NCBI GenBank assembly: GCA_039809905.1
Contig: JBDHVY010000001.1
Location: 210,001 to 242,000, forward strand
DNA length: 32,000 nt
Direction of reading: 5' to 3'
Source of the DNA: Candidatus Babelota bacterium
Lineage (GTDB): Bacteria > Babelota > Babeliae > Babelales > Vermiphilaceae
Positions 1 to 8,479 of the stretch are shown piece after piece (position 1 is the first letter of the stretch; every line of letters starts with the position of its first letter). A program made the translations under genes and the position numbers. The notes beneath the pieces are model-generated. The model ran no database searches and was not told where the DNA came from. It was given only the letters and a program-made list of their open reading frames with translations.

Positions 1-242
1 AGTTCGGCAACAACAGCAATGCTCTGCCCATCAATAATTAATTCATTATTGGTAATGCGTACATCACCTGAAAAAGTTCCCATTAATGTATCATACTTAA
101 ACATATGCGCCGTAGTTTCAGGTTGCGAATTACCAATGTTAATAGCAACAATACGCATATCTTTGCTCATGTTTTTATCTTGTAACATACAACGCAAAAA
201 AGTACGTCCAATTCGTCCAAATCCATTAATAGCAATACGCAT
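1..242 (-). CDS. gap: Type I glyceraldehyde-3-phosphate dehydrogenase, N-terminal part, runs off left edge
   Basis: Manual reverse translation from ATG at 242-240 gives MRIAINGFGRIGRTFLRCMLQDKN...VAINIGNSQPETTAHMFKYDTLMGTFSGDVRITNNELIIDGQSIAVVAE; classic GAPDH NAD-binding start INGFGRIGR and KYDT.G.F. Not in the ORF track because it is truncated. Confidence 0.93.
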   Translation of the reverse strand, partial: MRIAINGFGRIGRTFLRCMLQDKNMSKDMRIVAINIGNSQPETTAHMFKYDTLMGTFSGDVRITNNELIIDGQSIAVVAE

Positions 243-259
243 CATTCATCACTCCCGTT

Positions 260-1108
260 TTACCACTCTCTTACTTTATTCAAAATAGCCAACTCATCTT
301 CCACCGATAACTCAGGTAGCTCTAACAATACTGGTATATTATGTAATTGCGGATGCGTTATAAAATGCTTCAGTGCCATTTCACCAATTCTACCTTTACC
401 AATAATACTGTGCCGATCAATATGAGATCCTAATGTTTCAGCAGTATCATTTAAATGTATAAGCATAATACGTTCAATACCAATGGTTCCATCCAATAAG
501 GCAATAAATTTTTCCTGTTCATCAATATCTGCAACATTGTAACCAAATGAATATGCATGAGCTGTATCAATACAAAAATTAATGCGTTCGGGCTTATCTA
601 TTTTTTCAAGTAATACCTTAAAATCATGTATATCACTTCCGATTGCTAAATTACCATGACACCCATTTTCTAAAATAACGCTAATATCTCGTTCAAGATT
701 AAACAGCATATTAAGAGATGTTGCTAATGCATCAATTCCCTGCATTTTATTTTGTGCACCTTTTGCTGTTCCTGCATGCAATACAAAATGGTTAAATTCA
801 AGTCGCTTAGCAAATGTAATTTCACGTCGTAATTGCGCAAACCCATTACTACTTAAACTTGATAAATTAACCCAATACGAAACATGACACAAAAGATCTT
901 TAAATCGTGTCCGACGAATACGTAAAAAATGATCTATGTCTTGATTGCTAACACTGATCAATTTACCTAATTCTTGAGAAACAAAAAAACATTGAAAAAA
1001 AGGCAGACTTAAAGCATCTGCCCTATCCAATAGTTCTTTGAGTGAAGAGCGCATACGAATATGCGTACCGATTCTGTTAGACCTCATAATATCTTTCATG
1101 CGTAGCAC
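260..1108 (-). CDS. nfo: Endonuclease IV (AP endonuclease, TIM-barrel); true start may be the internal Met at about 1087
   Basis: Metal-ligand motifs GTHIRM, CHVSYWVNL, LHAGTAKG, ILENGCHG, CIDTAHAYSFGY, IHLNDTAETLGSHIDRHSIIGKG, LLELPE match EndoIV family order. Confidence 0.9.
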   Translation of the reverse strand: MLRMKDIMRSNRIGTHIRMRSSLKELLDRADALSLPFFQCFFVSQELGKLISVSNQDIDHFLRIRRTRFKDLLCHVSYWVNLSSLSSNGFAQLRREITFAKRLEFNHFVLHAGTAKGAQNKMQGIDALATSLNMLFNLERDISVILENGCHGNLAIGSDIHDFKVLLEKIDKPERINFCIDTAHAYSFGYNVADIDEQEKFIALLDGTIGIERIMLIHLNDTAETLGSHIDRHSIIGKGRIGEMALKHFITHPQLHNIPVLLELPELSVEDELAILNKVREW

Positions 1109-1113
1109 ATTTA

Positions 1114-2514
1114 CTACTGCAATTGATCACGTAAATATTCGTCATCAAAATATCGTGATAATACTCCAATAAAATCTTCTTTAATGCGATGTAAATCAGA
1201 TTCAGTATTTGCTTCAAGACGAATAGAAAGCACTGGTTGTGTATTTGATGCTCGAATAATCCCCCAACCATAGTCAGTTGTTACTCGTACTCCATCAATT
1301 GCTAAAATCTTCACATTTTTTTTCTGATAAAATAAATTTTTCATCTCTTGCACCATAGCATATTTATTTTCTTCATCACATGGCAAGCGATATTCTGGTG
1401 AAGTAACCTTTTTAGGAAATACTGTTAATAGTTCTCGTAAACTCTTTTTTGATTGTATCAATAATTCAAACAATCTAAACATCGCATAAATACCATCATC
1501 ATATCCAAAATGCCGATCTTTAAAAAAGAAATGACAACTTGTCTCTCCCGCAAGTAATGCATTATGCGTATGCATATTTTCTTCTATAATTGAATGTCCA
1601 ACAGGAGTCACAATTGTTCTTGCACCCCATTGTTCTAACACTTCAGTCAATCCTTCAGAACACACAACATTATACACAACGCACATACCAGGATGTTTTT
1701 TGATCATTGGTTCAGCAAAAAGAGCGATTAATTTATCACCCGAAACTAACTGCCCTTCTTTTGTCATTGCACCCATACGATCAGCATCTCCATCAAAACC
1801 AATCCCAACAACCGCTTCACTGCTGCACAGCGCTTCCTTCACATCTTGCATATTTTTAGCCACGGTAGGATCTGCAATATGTTTAGCTGATGCAAAATCA
1901 GGATCACAACATAATAAGTGCATATTATTCCACCCCATTGCTGCAACAATCTCAGGAATTACGACTGAAGCTGAACCATTACCACAATCAATTATCGCCG
2001 ATAAATCGGCATTTTTAAGATGAGGAAATGTATGTACATGCCATGAGATATAATCATCTTTTATAAGATGTTCAGAATAGGTGCCGAGATTTTGTGCAAT
2101 ATACTGTTCTTTTTTACGATATAATGCACCAATTTCTCGTATTTGATTTCCCCACAAAGATTTCGTACCAATACATATTTTTAGCCCATTATATTCAGCA
2201 GGATTGTGCGATGCAGTAATCATAATACCTGCATCCACTGACATAGTATAGGTTGCAAAATACATCATTGGCGATGTGCATACACCAATAAAAACAATAT
2301 CCATACCACTATCAATCAACGCACGGCACAGCTCTTTTTTTATTGCCGGAGAATGTTGACGCACATCCATGCCAACAGCTATTTTTTTTATACTGTTATT
2401 GCATTGCAATAAATAACACGCAATTGCACGACCAAGATCATATACTTCTTCAATCATTAATTCAGTACCAACAACGCCACGAATATCATATTCACGAAAA
2501 ATCGTATCTTTCAT
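1114..2514 (-). CDS. Phosphomannomutase/phosphoglucomutase
   Basis: FREYDIRGVVGTEL, active serine loop MITASHNPAEYNGLKI, metal loop GFDGDADRMGAM, VTPVGHSIIEE. ORF track extends to 2589, but homology starts at MKDTIFREYDIRG (ATG at 2514-2512). Confidence 0.92.
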   Translation of the reverse strand: MKDTIFREYDIRGVVGTELMIEEVYDLGRAIACYLLQCNNSIKKIAVGMDVRQHSPAIKKELCRALIDSGMDIVFIGVCTSPMMYFATYTMSVDAGIMITASHNPAEYNGLKICIGTKSLWGNQIREIGALYRKKEQYIAQNLGTYSEHLIKDDYISWHVHTFPHLKNADLSAIIDCGNGSASVVIPEIVAAMGWNNMHLLCCDPDFASAKHIADPTVAKNMQDVKEALCSSEAVVGIGFDGDADRMGAMTKEGQLVSGDKLIALFAEPMIKKHPGMCVVYNVVCSEGLTEVLEQWGARTIVTPVGHSIIEENMHTHNALLAGETSCHFFFKDRHFGYDDGIYAMFRLFELLIQSKKSLRELLTVFPKKVTSPEYRLPCDEENKYAMVQEMKNLFYQKKNVKILAIDGVRVTTDYGWGIIRASNTQPVLSIRLEANTESDLHRIKEDFIGVLSRYFDDEYLRDQLQ

Positions 2515-2565
2515 CTTTCCAAATCCTTTGAGTTCACAACATGAAGACTTCTTAAATAGGGGACT

Positions 2566-2592
2566 CCCATGTGAAGAACAACGAAACATGGG
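2566..2592 (-). promoter_or_regulatory. 5' leader hairpin upstream of the phosphomannomutase gene
   Basis: Perfect inverted repeat CCCATGT (2566-2572) / ACATGGG (2586-2592), 13-nt loop, just downstream of the predicted -10 box. Confidence 0.4.
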
Positions 2593-2600
2593 CTATATTT

Positions 2601-2629
2601 ACTATACTGCCTGCTTACATTTCTGACAA
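2601..2629 (-). promoter_or_regulatory. Candidate sigma70 promoter for pmm-nfo-gap
   Basis: Minus strand TTGTCA (2629-2624) - 17 nt - TATAGT (2606-2601). Confidence 0.6.
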
Positions 2630-2653
2630 ATGGATGGAATATTGATCTGATAT

Positions 2654-3631
2654 TTACCAATTAAAGATAGTAGCTATCACATCTTTTAATGTTTGGTATA
2701 ATGACCTTATCCACATTTCTATCGGCCACCACCATGGATCTTCTTGTGATTCTAATTTGGTTTTTTTTGGTAATTCCTTCGTAAGACCAACTTCAGCTAC
2801 CGATTCAAATGATTGATTTGGTAGATCTACTGATGAATGAGATATGAAAACAGAAGGCTCATCTGACCGTTCTGCAGGTTCTGGAATTGGAGCACCTGCT
2901 AATGGTTCACCCTCAAAGGCTTGATTTTCTTCCAGAAACAGTGCTTCTTGTTCTCGTAATGTTTTGTTCTCAAGAAGATCAAAGTCTTGTTTCAACAACT
3001 TACAAATTTTTTCTATACCTTCATAATATCGAGAAAATTCTTTCTCATCATTTGATGAAGATTCATATTTTTCAATATACTGACCAGCCTTACTGATGAA
3101 TAGTATCCATTCTTTTTTTGCTGGTATATCTATCTTTAAACTTTCTACATACATTCCCAATAAATGAACAAGCGCTCCTAAAAAGTATCGATAATATGGA
3201 TTTTTTATTAAATTCATATCAAAATAAACCAACAAAACCTGACATAATTTTTTTGGATGCATTTTTAAATATGCCCTATAAATAATGACAAAAAAATTTT
3301 TCGCTGCATCAATATTGTTTAAAAGAATTGCAGTTGGTTCTGGATAATTTATAAAATAATTAATATTGTTTAGTGCGTCATCTGTAAGCTCCATATAAAT
3401 ATTGGGCAACCATTTTTTAAGCCATTCCAAGATAGCTAATCTAACATCTCTCGTTTGATCTGTTGCAAAATATTGAAGTGCGTATTCATGAAAAAGCATA
3501 AAAAATCTAGCGTCTTGAACCAAAGGCTGTTTTCTTAATTTTTGCATAAATTCAATTGCATCCTTCTTTTCCATTCCCCATAAAGATGAAGGTGCTAACA
3601 AAAAACTTAAAAAAATGAATTGTTTCTTCAT
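2654..3631 (-). CDS. Hypothetical protein with predicted signal peptide and Trp-rich C-terminus
   Basis: ORF of 325 aa; N-term MKKQFIFLSFLLAPSSLWGMEKK (signal peptide-like); SD AGGAG before ATG; no family recognised. Confidence 0.75.
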   Translation of the reverse strand: MKKQFIFLSFLLAPSSLWGMEKKDAIEFMQKLRKQPLVQDARFFMLFHEYALQYFATDQTRDVRLAILEWLKKWLPNIYMELTDDALNNINYFINYPEPTAILLNNIDAAKNFFVIIYRAYLKMHPKKLCQVLLVYFDMNLIKNPYYRYFLGALVHLLGMYVESLKIDIPAKKEWILFISKAGQYIEKYESSSNDEKEFSRYYEGIEKICKLLKQDFDLLENKTLREQEALFLEENQAFEGEPLAGAPIPEPAERSDEPSVFISHSSVDLPNQSFESVAEVGLTKELPKKTKLESQEDPWWWPIEMWIRSLYQTLKDVIATIFNW

Positions 3632-3801
3632 AATATCTCTCCTCTACAACCGTCCCTCTTGAATATTCAATTTGAATATGCAGAATTCCGCCAAGAAAAT
3701 GCAATGATGTCAAAAAACATATTCATGTGACAACTTTTATTTAACGAGTAAGCAAATAATGGTAGACTAGTGCCACACATGCAAAATGTAAGGTAAAAAA
3801 G

Positions 3802-6513
3802 ATGATTCCACAGAAACTACAAATTAAAAACTTTCTGAGTTACGGCCCCATTTTACAAACAATTGATTTTACTCATCATTCTCTGATTTGCCTTTCGGGA
3901 AAAAATGGACATGGTAAATCGGCTTTGTTAGATGCCATGACATGGGCCCTATGGGGACAAGCACGCAAAATATCTGGTGCTGCAAAGGCCGATCAAGGAT
4001 TATTGCGCTTAGGCCAAACGCAAATGATGGTAGTATTTGATTTTCTTTTTGGTGGAAAAACATACCGAATCAGACGCGAATACATGGAAACATACGGCAA
4101 ACCAGTCAATATTCTTGAATTTGGTATGGTTGATGGAGAAACAGATAGTTTTATTCCGTTAACTGATAAAACAATTCGAGCAACACAAGAAAAAATTGAA
4201 CAAACCTTACGTCTTGATTTTGATTCATTTTCTAATTCTGCATTTTTACGACAAGGAAGCTCAAATGAGTTTTCAAAAAAATCTCCTAAAGATCGCAAAC
4301 ACATTTTAGCAACAATCTTAGGTCTTGATCAATATGAGATAATCCGTAAACTCGCGCTTGAAAAAATAAAAGATGCTCAAACAAAAAAAACAGTACTTGC
4401 AACACTTCAGGAAAAAAGAACTCAGGAACTTACCACGAAAGAAGCTCTCGATGCTGAACTGGCAAACCTTTTGACGCACATGCACTCGATAGAAACAACG
4501 GAAAAAGAAATTGCTACAGCGCAACACAATCACGCAACAGAGCAGGCTGCATTTGATGAACGTCAAAATGCATACCATAACCTTTCATTTCAGTTACAAC
4601 AATTAATTACAACCAGCGCTGCACATAAAAAAGAGATACGTGAACAGCTAAGACATTGGCGGGCAATAAATAAGAAAAAACAATCTCTGCACAGCATTCA
4701 TCAACTTGAGCAAGAAAAAAATAAAACTATTGCAGCAATTGCGCAGCATCAAAAATTATTTCAAGAAAATCTGGAACATCGGCAAACTTTATTGCAATTG
4801 ATACAACAAATCAGCACCATTGAACAACATTATAAAGATGAAGACATTAAAAAAAAGCATACTTTGCAGATTGAGTTAGAACGATTGTTTGCTGAACAAG
4901 CAAAACAACAATTACAATTCACCAACAATAAAGAACTTATTGCTCTCCATACCAAAGAAAATAATACTATTTCAACTCAAATGGTGAATCATCAACAAGA
5001 ATTGTCAAAAATAACACAGAATGCTGATGCCATTTCAAAGGAAGAAGAACATTTGGAGCGGCGCAAAGCTGCATATCAACAGTTTGTGTCTCTGGGCAAT
5101 TGGATCAATAGTGAATTAAATAGCTTAGCCAACAAGAAAAAATTAGTGCATGAAGATGATCCAAGCTGCCCACTGTGCGAACAAAATTTATCAGCTTCAC
5201 GCAAGAGATTTCTTAAACTTAATTTTGAAAAACAAGAATCATTTTTAGCACATCGCTTACGTCGACTTAAACGCATTATTCCCGCTCTTAAAGAGACTTT
5301 AATTGCCCAGCATACACAAATCACTAAAGACAAAGAAATCTTGCAACATACCACTATGCTGCATGCAAAAATAATAGATTTAACTGAACAACAAATAAAA
5401 ATCACTCAGCAAATTACTCATACAACAACTTCCCATGCACAGTTGGAAAAAGAAATTCTCGCACAGGAAAGTATAATTACTGCAAAACAACAAGAATTGC
5501 AAAATCATCACCTACACGCTATACACATAAATGATCCTCAATACAAAACAGTCACTGCACAAAAACAATCATTAGAAAAGCAACTCAGTGAGCACGTATA
5601 TAACGAAGTTGATTACAAAAAAGATCAAGAAAAATTAAAACTGCTTGAATCACAACTTATAGAATATGAATCACTGCAAAAAGAAGTTACACAACAAGAA
5701 TCTCGTAAAAATGAGATTCTTAAATATTGCGCCCTACTCAAAAAAATAAACCAAGATATAGTAATCATCACAAAAAAACAACATGATTTGGGTGATCTTG
5801 AAACACAATTGAGCATCTTACAAAAAAAAGAAAAAGAGATTGAACACCATTATATCCAACTTAAACAGGCAAAAGAAGAACTTTTACACAAAAAAGGTAG
5901 TGTTGAAAATCAGCAAAAGTATCTGACCAAAATTAAAAATGAATTTGAACAAGAACAAGGTACTATTGCTCAATTACAAGAAATTATAGAAGATTATCAA
6001 ACAATTGCCCATGCAACAGGAAAAGATGGTATTCAAGCTCTATTGATAGAAGAAGCGATTCCAGAAATTGAACAAGAAGCCAATTATTTATTATCACGGC
6101 TTACCAATAATCAAGCACAAATTTTTATCGAATCATTACGAGATTTAAAAAAAGGTGGCACCAAAGAAACGCTTGATATTAAAATTTCTGATCAAGCAGG
6201 CATAAGATCATACGAGCTTTTTTCGGGAGGAGAAGCATTTCGTATCGATTTTGCGCTTCGCATAGCAATTTCAAAATTACTTGCACGCCGCGCAGGAACA
6301 GCGCTACAAATTCTCATCATTGATGAAGGTTTTGGATCTCAAGATGAAGAAGGTCTCGGGTATATTATGGATGCACTTTATAAAATACAGGACGATTTTT
6401 CCAAAATTATCATCGTATCTCATTTACCAAGCATGAAAGATCAATTTCCTGTACAGTTTTTCATTGAAAAAGGCGTACAAGGTAGTACCGTAAGCATTAT
6501 TGAGCAGGGATAA
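3802..6513 (+). CDS. sbcC: SbcC/Rad50-family SMC-like ATPase (exonuclease subunit)
   Basis: 903 aa; Walker A GKNGHGKSALLDAMTWALWG, long coiled coil with zinc hook CPLCEQ, signature ELFSGGEAFRIDFALRIAISKLL, Walker B ILIIDEGFGSQDEEG. Confidence 0.9.
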   Translation: MIPQKLQIKNFLSYGPILQTIDFTHHSLICLSGKNGHGKSALLDAMTWALWGQARKISGAAKADQGLLRLGQTQMMVVFDFLFGGKTYRIRREYMETYGKPVNILEFGMVDGETDSFIPLTDKTIRATQEKIEQTLRLDFDSFSNSAFLRQGSSNEFSKKSPKDRKHILATILGLDQYEIIRKLALEKIKDAQTKKTVLATLQEKRTQELTTKEALDAELANLLTHMHSIETTEKEIATAQHNHATEQAAFDERQNAYHNLSFQLQQLITTSAAHKKEIREQLRHWRAINKKKQSLHSIHQLEQEKNKTIAAIAQHQKLFQENLEHRQTLLQLIQQISTIEQHYKDEDIKKKHTLQIELERLFAEQAKQQLQFTNNKELIALHTKENNTISTQMVNHQQELSKITQNADAISKEEEHLERRKAAYQQFVSLGNWINSELNSLANKKKLVHEDDPSCPLCEQNLSASRKRFLKLNFEKQESFLAHRLRRLKRIIPALKETLIAQHTQITKDKEILQHTTMLHAKIIDLTEQQIKITQQITHTTTSHAQLEKEILAQESIITAKQQELQNHHLHAIHINDPQYKTVTAQKQSLEKQLSEHVYNEVDYKKDQEKLKLLESQLIEYESLQKEVTQQESRKNEILKYCALLKKINQDIVIITKKQHDLGDLETQLSILQKKEKEIEHHYIQLKQAKEELLHKKGSVENQQKYLTKIKNEFEQEQGTIAQLQEIIEDYQTIAHATGKDGIQALLIEEAIPEIEQEANYLLSRLTNNQAQIFIESLRDLKKGGTKETLDIKISDQAGIRSYELFSGGEAFRIDFALRIAISKLLARRAGTALQILIIDEGFGSQDEEGLGYIMDALYKIQDDFSKIIIVSHLPSMKDQFPVQFFIEKGVQGSTVSIIEQG

Positions 6514-6528
6514 TCTCTTTACCGGGGT

Positions 6529-6557
6529 CCCCATATATCATGCAATGGCATATGGGG
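6529..6557. terminator. Possible hairpin between convergent genes; no clear T tract
   Basis: CCCCATAT (6529-6536) / ATATGGGG (6550-6557), 13-nt loop. Confidence 0.35.
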
Positions 6558-6562
6558 TAAAA

Positions 6563-6835
6563 TTAATTACGAGCAGCTCTTTCGGCTGCTCCTGTTGAGC
6601 TTGCATCATTTATGTAACCAAGACGCTCTACTTCTTCTTGACGTTCTGTAAAATATGCATCATCAACATTCTGAATCCGCTCTACTTCTTCTTGACGTGA
6701 AGTTGAATATGCTTCATTACCAGTGCCCATTCGAGCAAATTCTTCTTGTCGTACTGTTGATTCAATACTAGCAACAAGATCAAGTAACATTACCGTACAA
6801 AATACAATCACTATAATAATTAATCTATTTTTCAC
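6563..6835 (-). CDS. Small predicted-exported protein composed of three 18-aa tandem repeats
   Basis: GTG start, 90 aa; hydrophobic N-term MKNRLIIIVIVFCTVMLLDLVAS followed by repeats with core RQEE(V/F)xR. AAGGA upstream. Confidence 0.65.
   Translation of the reverse strand: MKNRLIIIVIVFCTVMLLDLVASIESTVRQEEFARMGTGNEAYSTSRQEEVERIQNVDDAYFTERQEEVERLGYINDASSTGAAERAARN
6596..6757 (-). repeat. Coding tandem repeat, 3 x 54 bp (18 aa)
   Basis: TVRQEEFARMGTGNEAYS / TSRQEEVERIQNVDDAYF / TERQEEVERLGYINDASS, directly abutting units at codons 27-44, 45-62, 63-80. Confidence 0.9.
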
Positions 6836-6870
6836 TGAAAATCCTTTTTTATATAAAATACATCATACAT

Positions 6871-6906
6871 AAAAGCAGGTCATAATTTTTCATATCACCT
6901 GCTTTT
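6871..6906 (-). terminator. Rho-independent terminator downstream of the 6923..8143 gene
   Basis: AAAAGCAGGT (6871-6880) / ACCTGCTTTT (6897-6906), a 10-bp perfect stem including the A/T tracts. Confidence 0.8.
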
Positions 6907-6922
6907 CTTATAACTACTTATA

Positions 6923-8143
6923 TTATGCTTTACCACTCGGAATATAATCCCATATAGACCATCCTGACTCTTGAGCTTCTTGTTCTTGTTTCTTAGCTTC
7001 TTCTTGCACAGCTTGTTTCATTTTTTCTCTTTCCTCTTTCATAAATATTACAGCTGTAGTACGAAGATATTCTGAAACCAGCGCACGATTTTCATTTATA
7101 TTAGATTTTTCTAACACAGCACTTTCAAGACGTTTTAAATAATCTTCTAAATTCTGCGGATCACGCCCATACTCAGCCCTAATAGCCAAAATTGCTTGAT
7201 CAAGCAATTGTTCTTCTTTTTTCTGCTTATCATCACCTTGCATGTTTATTATTTCTTTTAATTTTTTAAGAGCAGCGGTAAAAATTGCGTCCGAAACATC
7301 TTTGTCAACATTGATAAAATCACCTTCATCTATAGCAAGGAGTTTAGACTTAATAGTTGGATATCTACCCGTATCAGAAAGCTGAGTTGCCAATAGCAAT
7401 TCTGCAATAGCATCTGCTTTACTTTCTGCATCCCAATAACCCGTTTTCCATCGCGTTGACAATTTATTTAATCCAAATACTAATCCTACAACAGATAATG
7501 CTGCCATTGCTGATTCAGCTTTTCCATGCTCTCTCGTAAGAGCTAACGCTGCTGCAGCAATAGCTCCGCCAGCAGCCAACAAGTTTCTTTTTGTAAAATA
7601 CGATTCAAAGCCAGCAGAACTTGCTCTTTGCTTAGCCAACGCTTCTGCCAAAGCAGCATTAAAATCTTCCTTGTTCAAAGTAGATTGTTTCAACATTTTT
7701 CTTAGCTTTGTTATTTCTTTACTCATGTCAGCTATTTGCTGGTCTTTTGATGATACTTTTTCAGTTTTTTTTAATTTAGCAATACGAGCTTCAATCGCTT
7801 CAATGTTTTGTGTCTTTTGAGCCTTATCTTCTTGAGATAATTCATCTCTATTTTGATCTAAAAAAGTTTGTAATGTTGCAGCTGTTATATTATTTTTTAA
7901 ACCAAACTGCCCAAGAGCTGAAAGTTTTGGCTGTAGCTGTTTTCCTTGTACAGGTCCAGCTTGCTTCTGTTGCACTGCTTGTTTTTGTCCTGCCGCTGCT
8001 CCAGTTGAGGTGGCAGCTTGAGCAGCTCCTTTTTTTCCCCCTTTGGCATCAAGAGAATTCATGCCAACGAAAAGAAGCATAACACATATACCTTTAAGCA
8101 TCTTCTTAATATTTAAGACATTCAGGATTAAATTGTTTTTCAT
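6923..8143 (-). CDS. Hypothetical predicted-exported, charged/coiled-coil-rich protein
   Basis: 406 aa; hydrophobic N-term segment KGICVMLLFVGMNSLDAKGGKK, internal hydrophobic AAGGAIAAAALAL and AMAALSVVGLVFGL segments, Lys/Glu-rich helices; no family recognised. Confidence 0.75.
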   Translation of the reverse strand: MKNNLILNVLNIKKMLKGICVMLLFVGMNSLDAKGGKKGAAQAATSTGAAAGQKQAVQQKQAGPVQGKQLQPKLSALGQFGLKNNITAATLQTFLDQNRDELSQEDKAQKTQNIEAIEARIAKLKKTEKVSSKDQQIADMSKEITKLRKMLKQSTLNKEDFNAALAEALAKQRASSAGFESYFTKRNLLAAGGAIAAAALALTREHGKAESAMAALSVVGLVFGLNKLSTRWKTGYWDAESKADAIAELLLATQLSDTGRYPTIKSKLLAIDEGDFINVDKDVSDAIFTAALKKLKEIINMQGDDKQKKEEQLLDQAILAIRAEYGRDPQNLEDYLKRLESAVLEKSNINENRALVSEYLRTTAVIFMKEEREKMKQAVQEEAKKQEQEAQESGWSIWDYIPSGKA

Positions 8144-8188
8144 TTTTTCCCTTTTTTAAACCACTCATAATTAAATTTATTCAATCTG

Positions 8189-8218
8189 AATATATCAAAA
8201 ACTATTAAGAAGGTTCAA
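8189..8218 (-). promoter_or_regulatory. Candidate promoter for the 6923..8143 gene
   Basis: Minus strand TTGAAC (8218-8213) - 18 nt - TATATT (8194-8189). Confidence 0.4.
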
Positions 8219-8233
8219 GAGTTTGGAAAACAA

Positions 8234-8473
8234 TTATTCGTCGTCAACAGAAACAACTGATTGGATTGAGGGGATTTTTGCTTTGATTTGGGCCTCAATG
8301 CCCATTTTAAGCGTGATAAAAGAGATTGGGCAGCTGACACATGCCCCATGGAGTTTGACAAAGACTATATCATCTTCAAGTCTTACAAAATGAATATCCC
8401 CACCATCTTGTAAGATAGCGGGGCGTAATTCTTCTAAAATTGCTTGAATCTGATGTATAATCTCAGCTGACAT
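8234..8473 (-). CDS. NifU-like C-terminal-domain Fe-S scaffold protein
   Basis: 79 aa; LRPAILQDGGDIHFVRLEDDIVFVKLHGACVSCPISFITLKMGIEAQIKAKIP, canonical GACxxCPxSxxTLKxGIE motif. Confidence 0.9.
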   Translation of the reverse strand: MSAEIIHQIQAILEELRPAILQDGGDIHFVRLEDDIVFVKLHGACVSCPISFITLKMGIEAQIKAKIPSIQSVVSVDDE

Positions 8474-8479
8474 AGCAGT

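Noticed and set aside
2515-2589. N-terminal extension MFRCSSHGSPLFKKSSCCELKGFGK of the phosphomannomutase ORF
   Set aside because: Falls in the predicted 5' leader and overlaps the hairpin; family homology starts exactly at MKDTIFREYDIRG.
6571-6591. Inverted repeat GAGCAGC-TCTTTCG-GCTGCTC as a terminator
   Set aside because: It sits within the C-terminal codons (AAERAAR) of the 6563..6835 ORF and lacks a following T tract; alternating Ala/Arg codons explain it.
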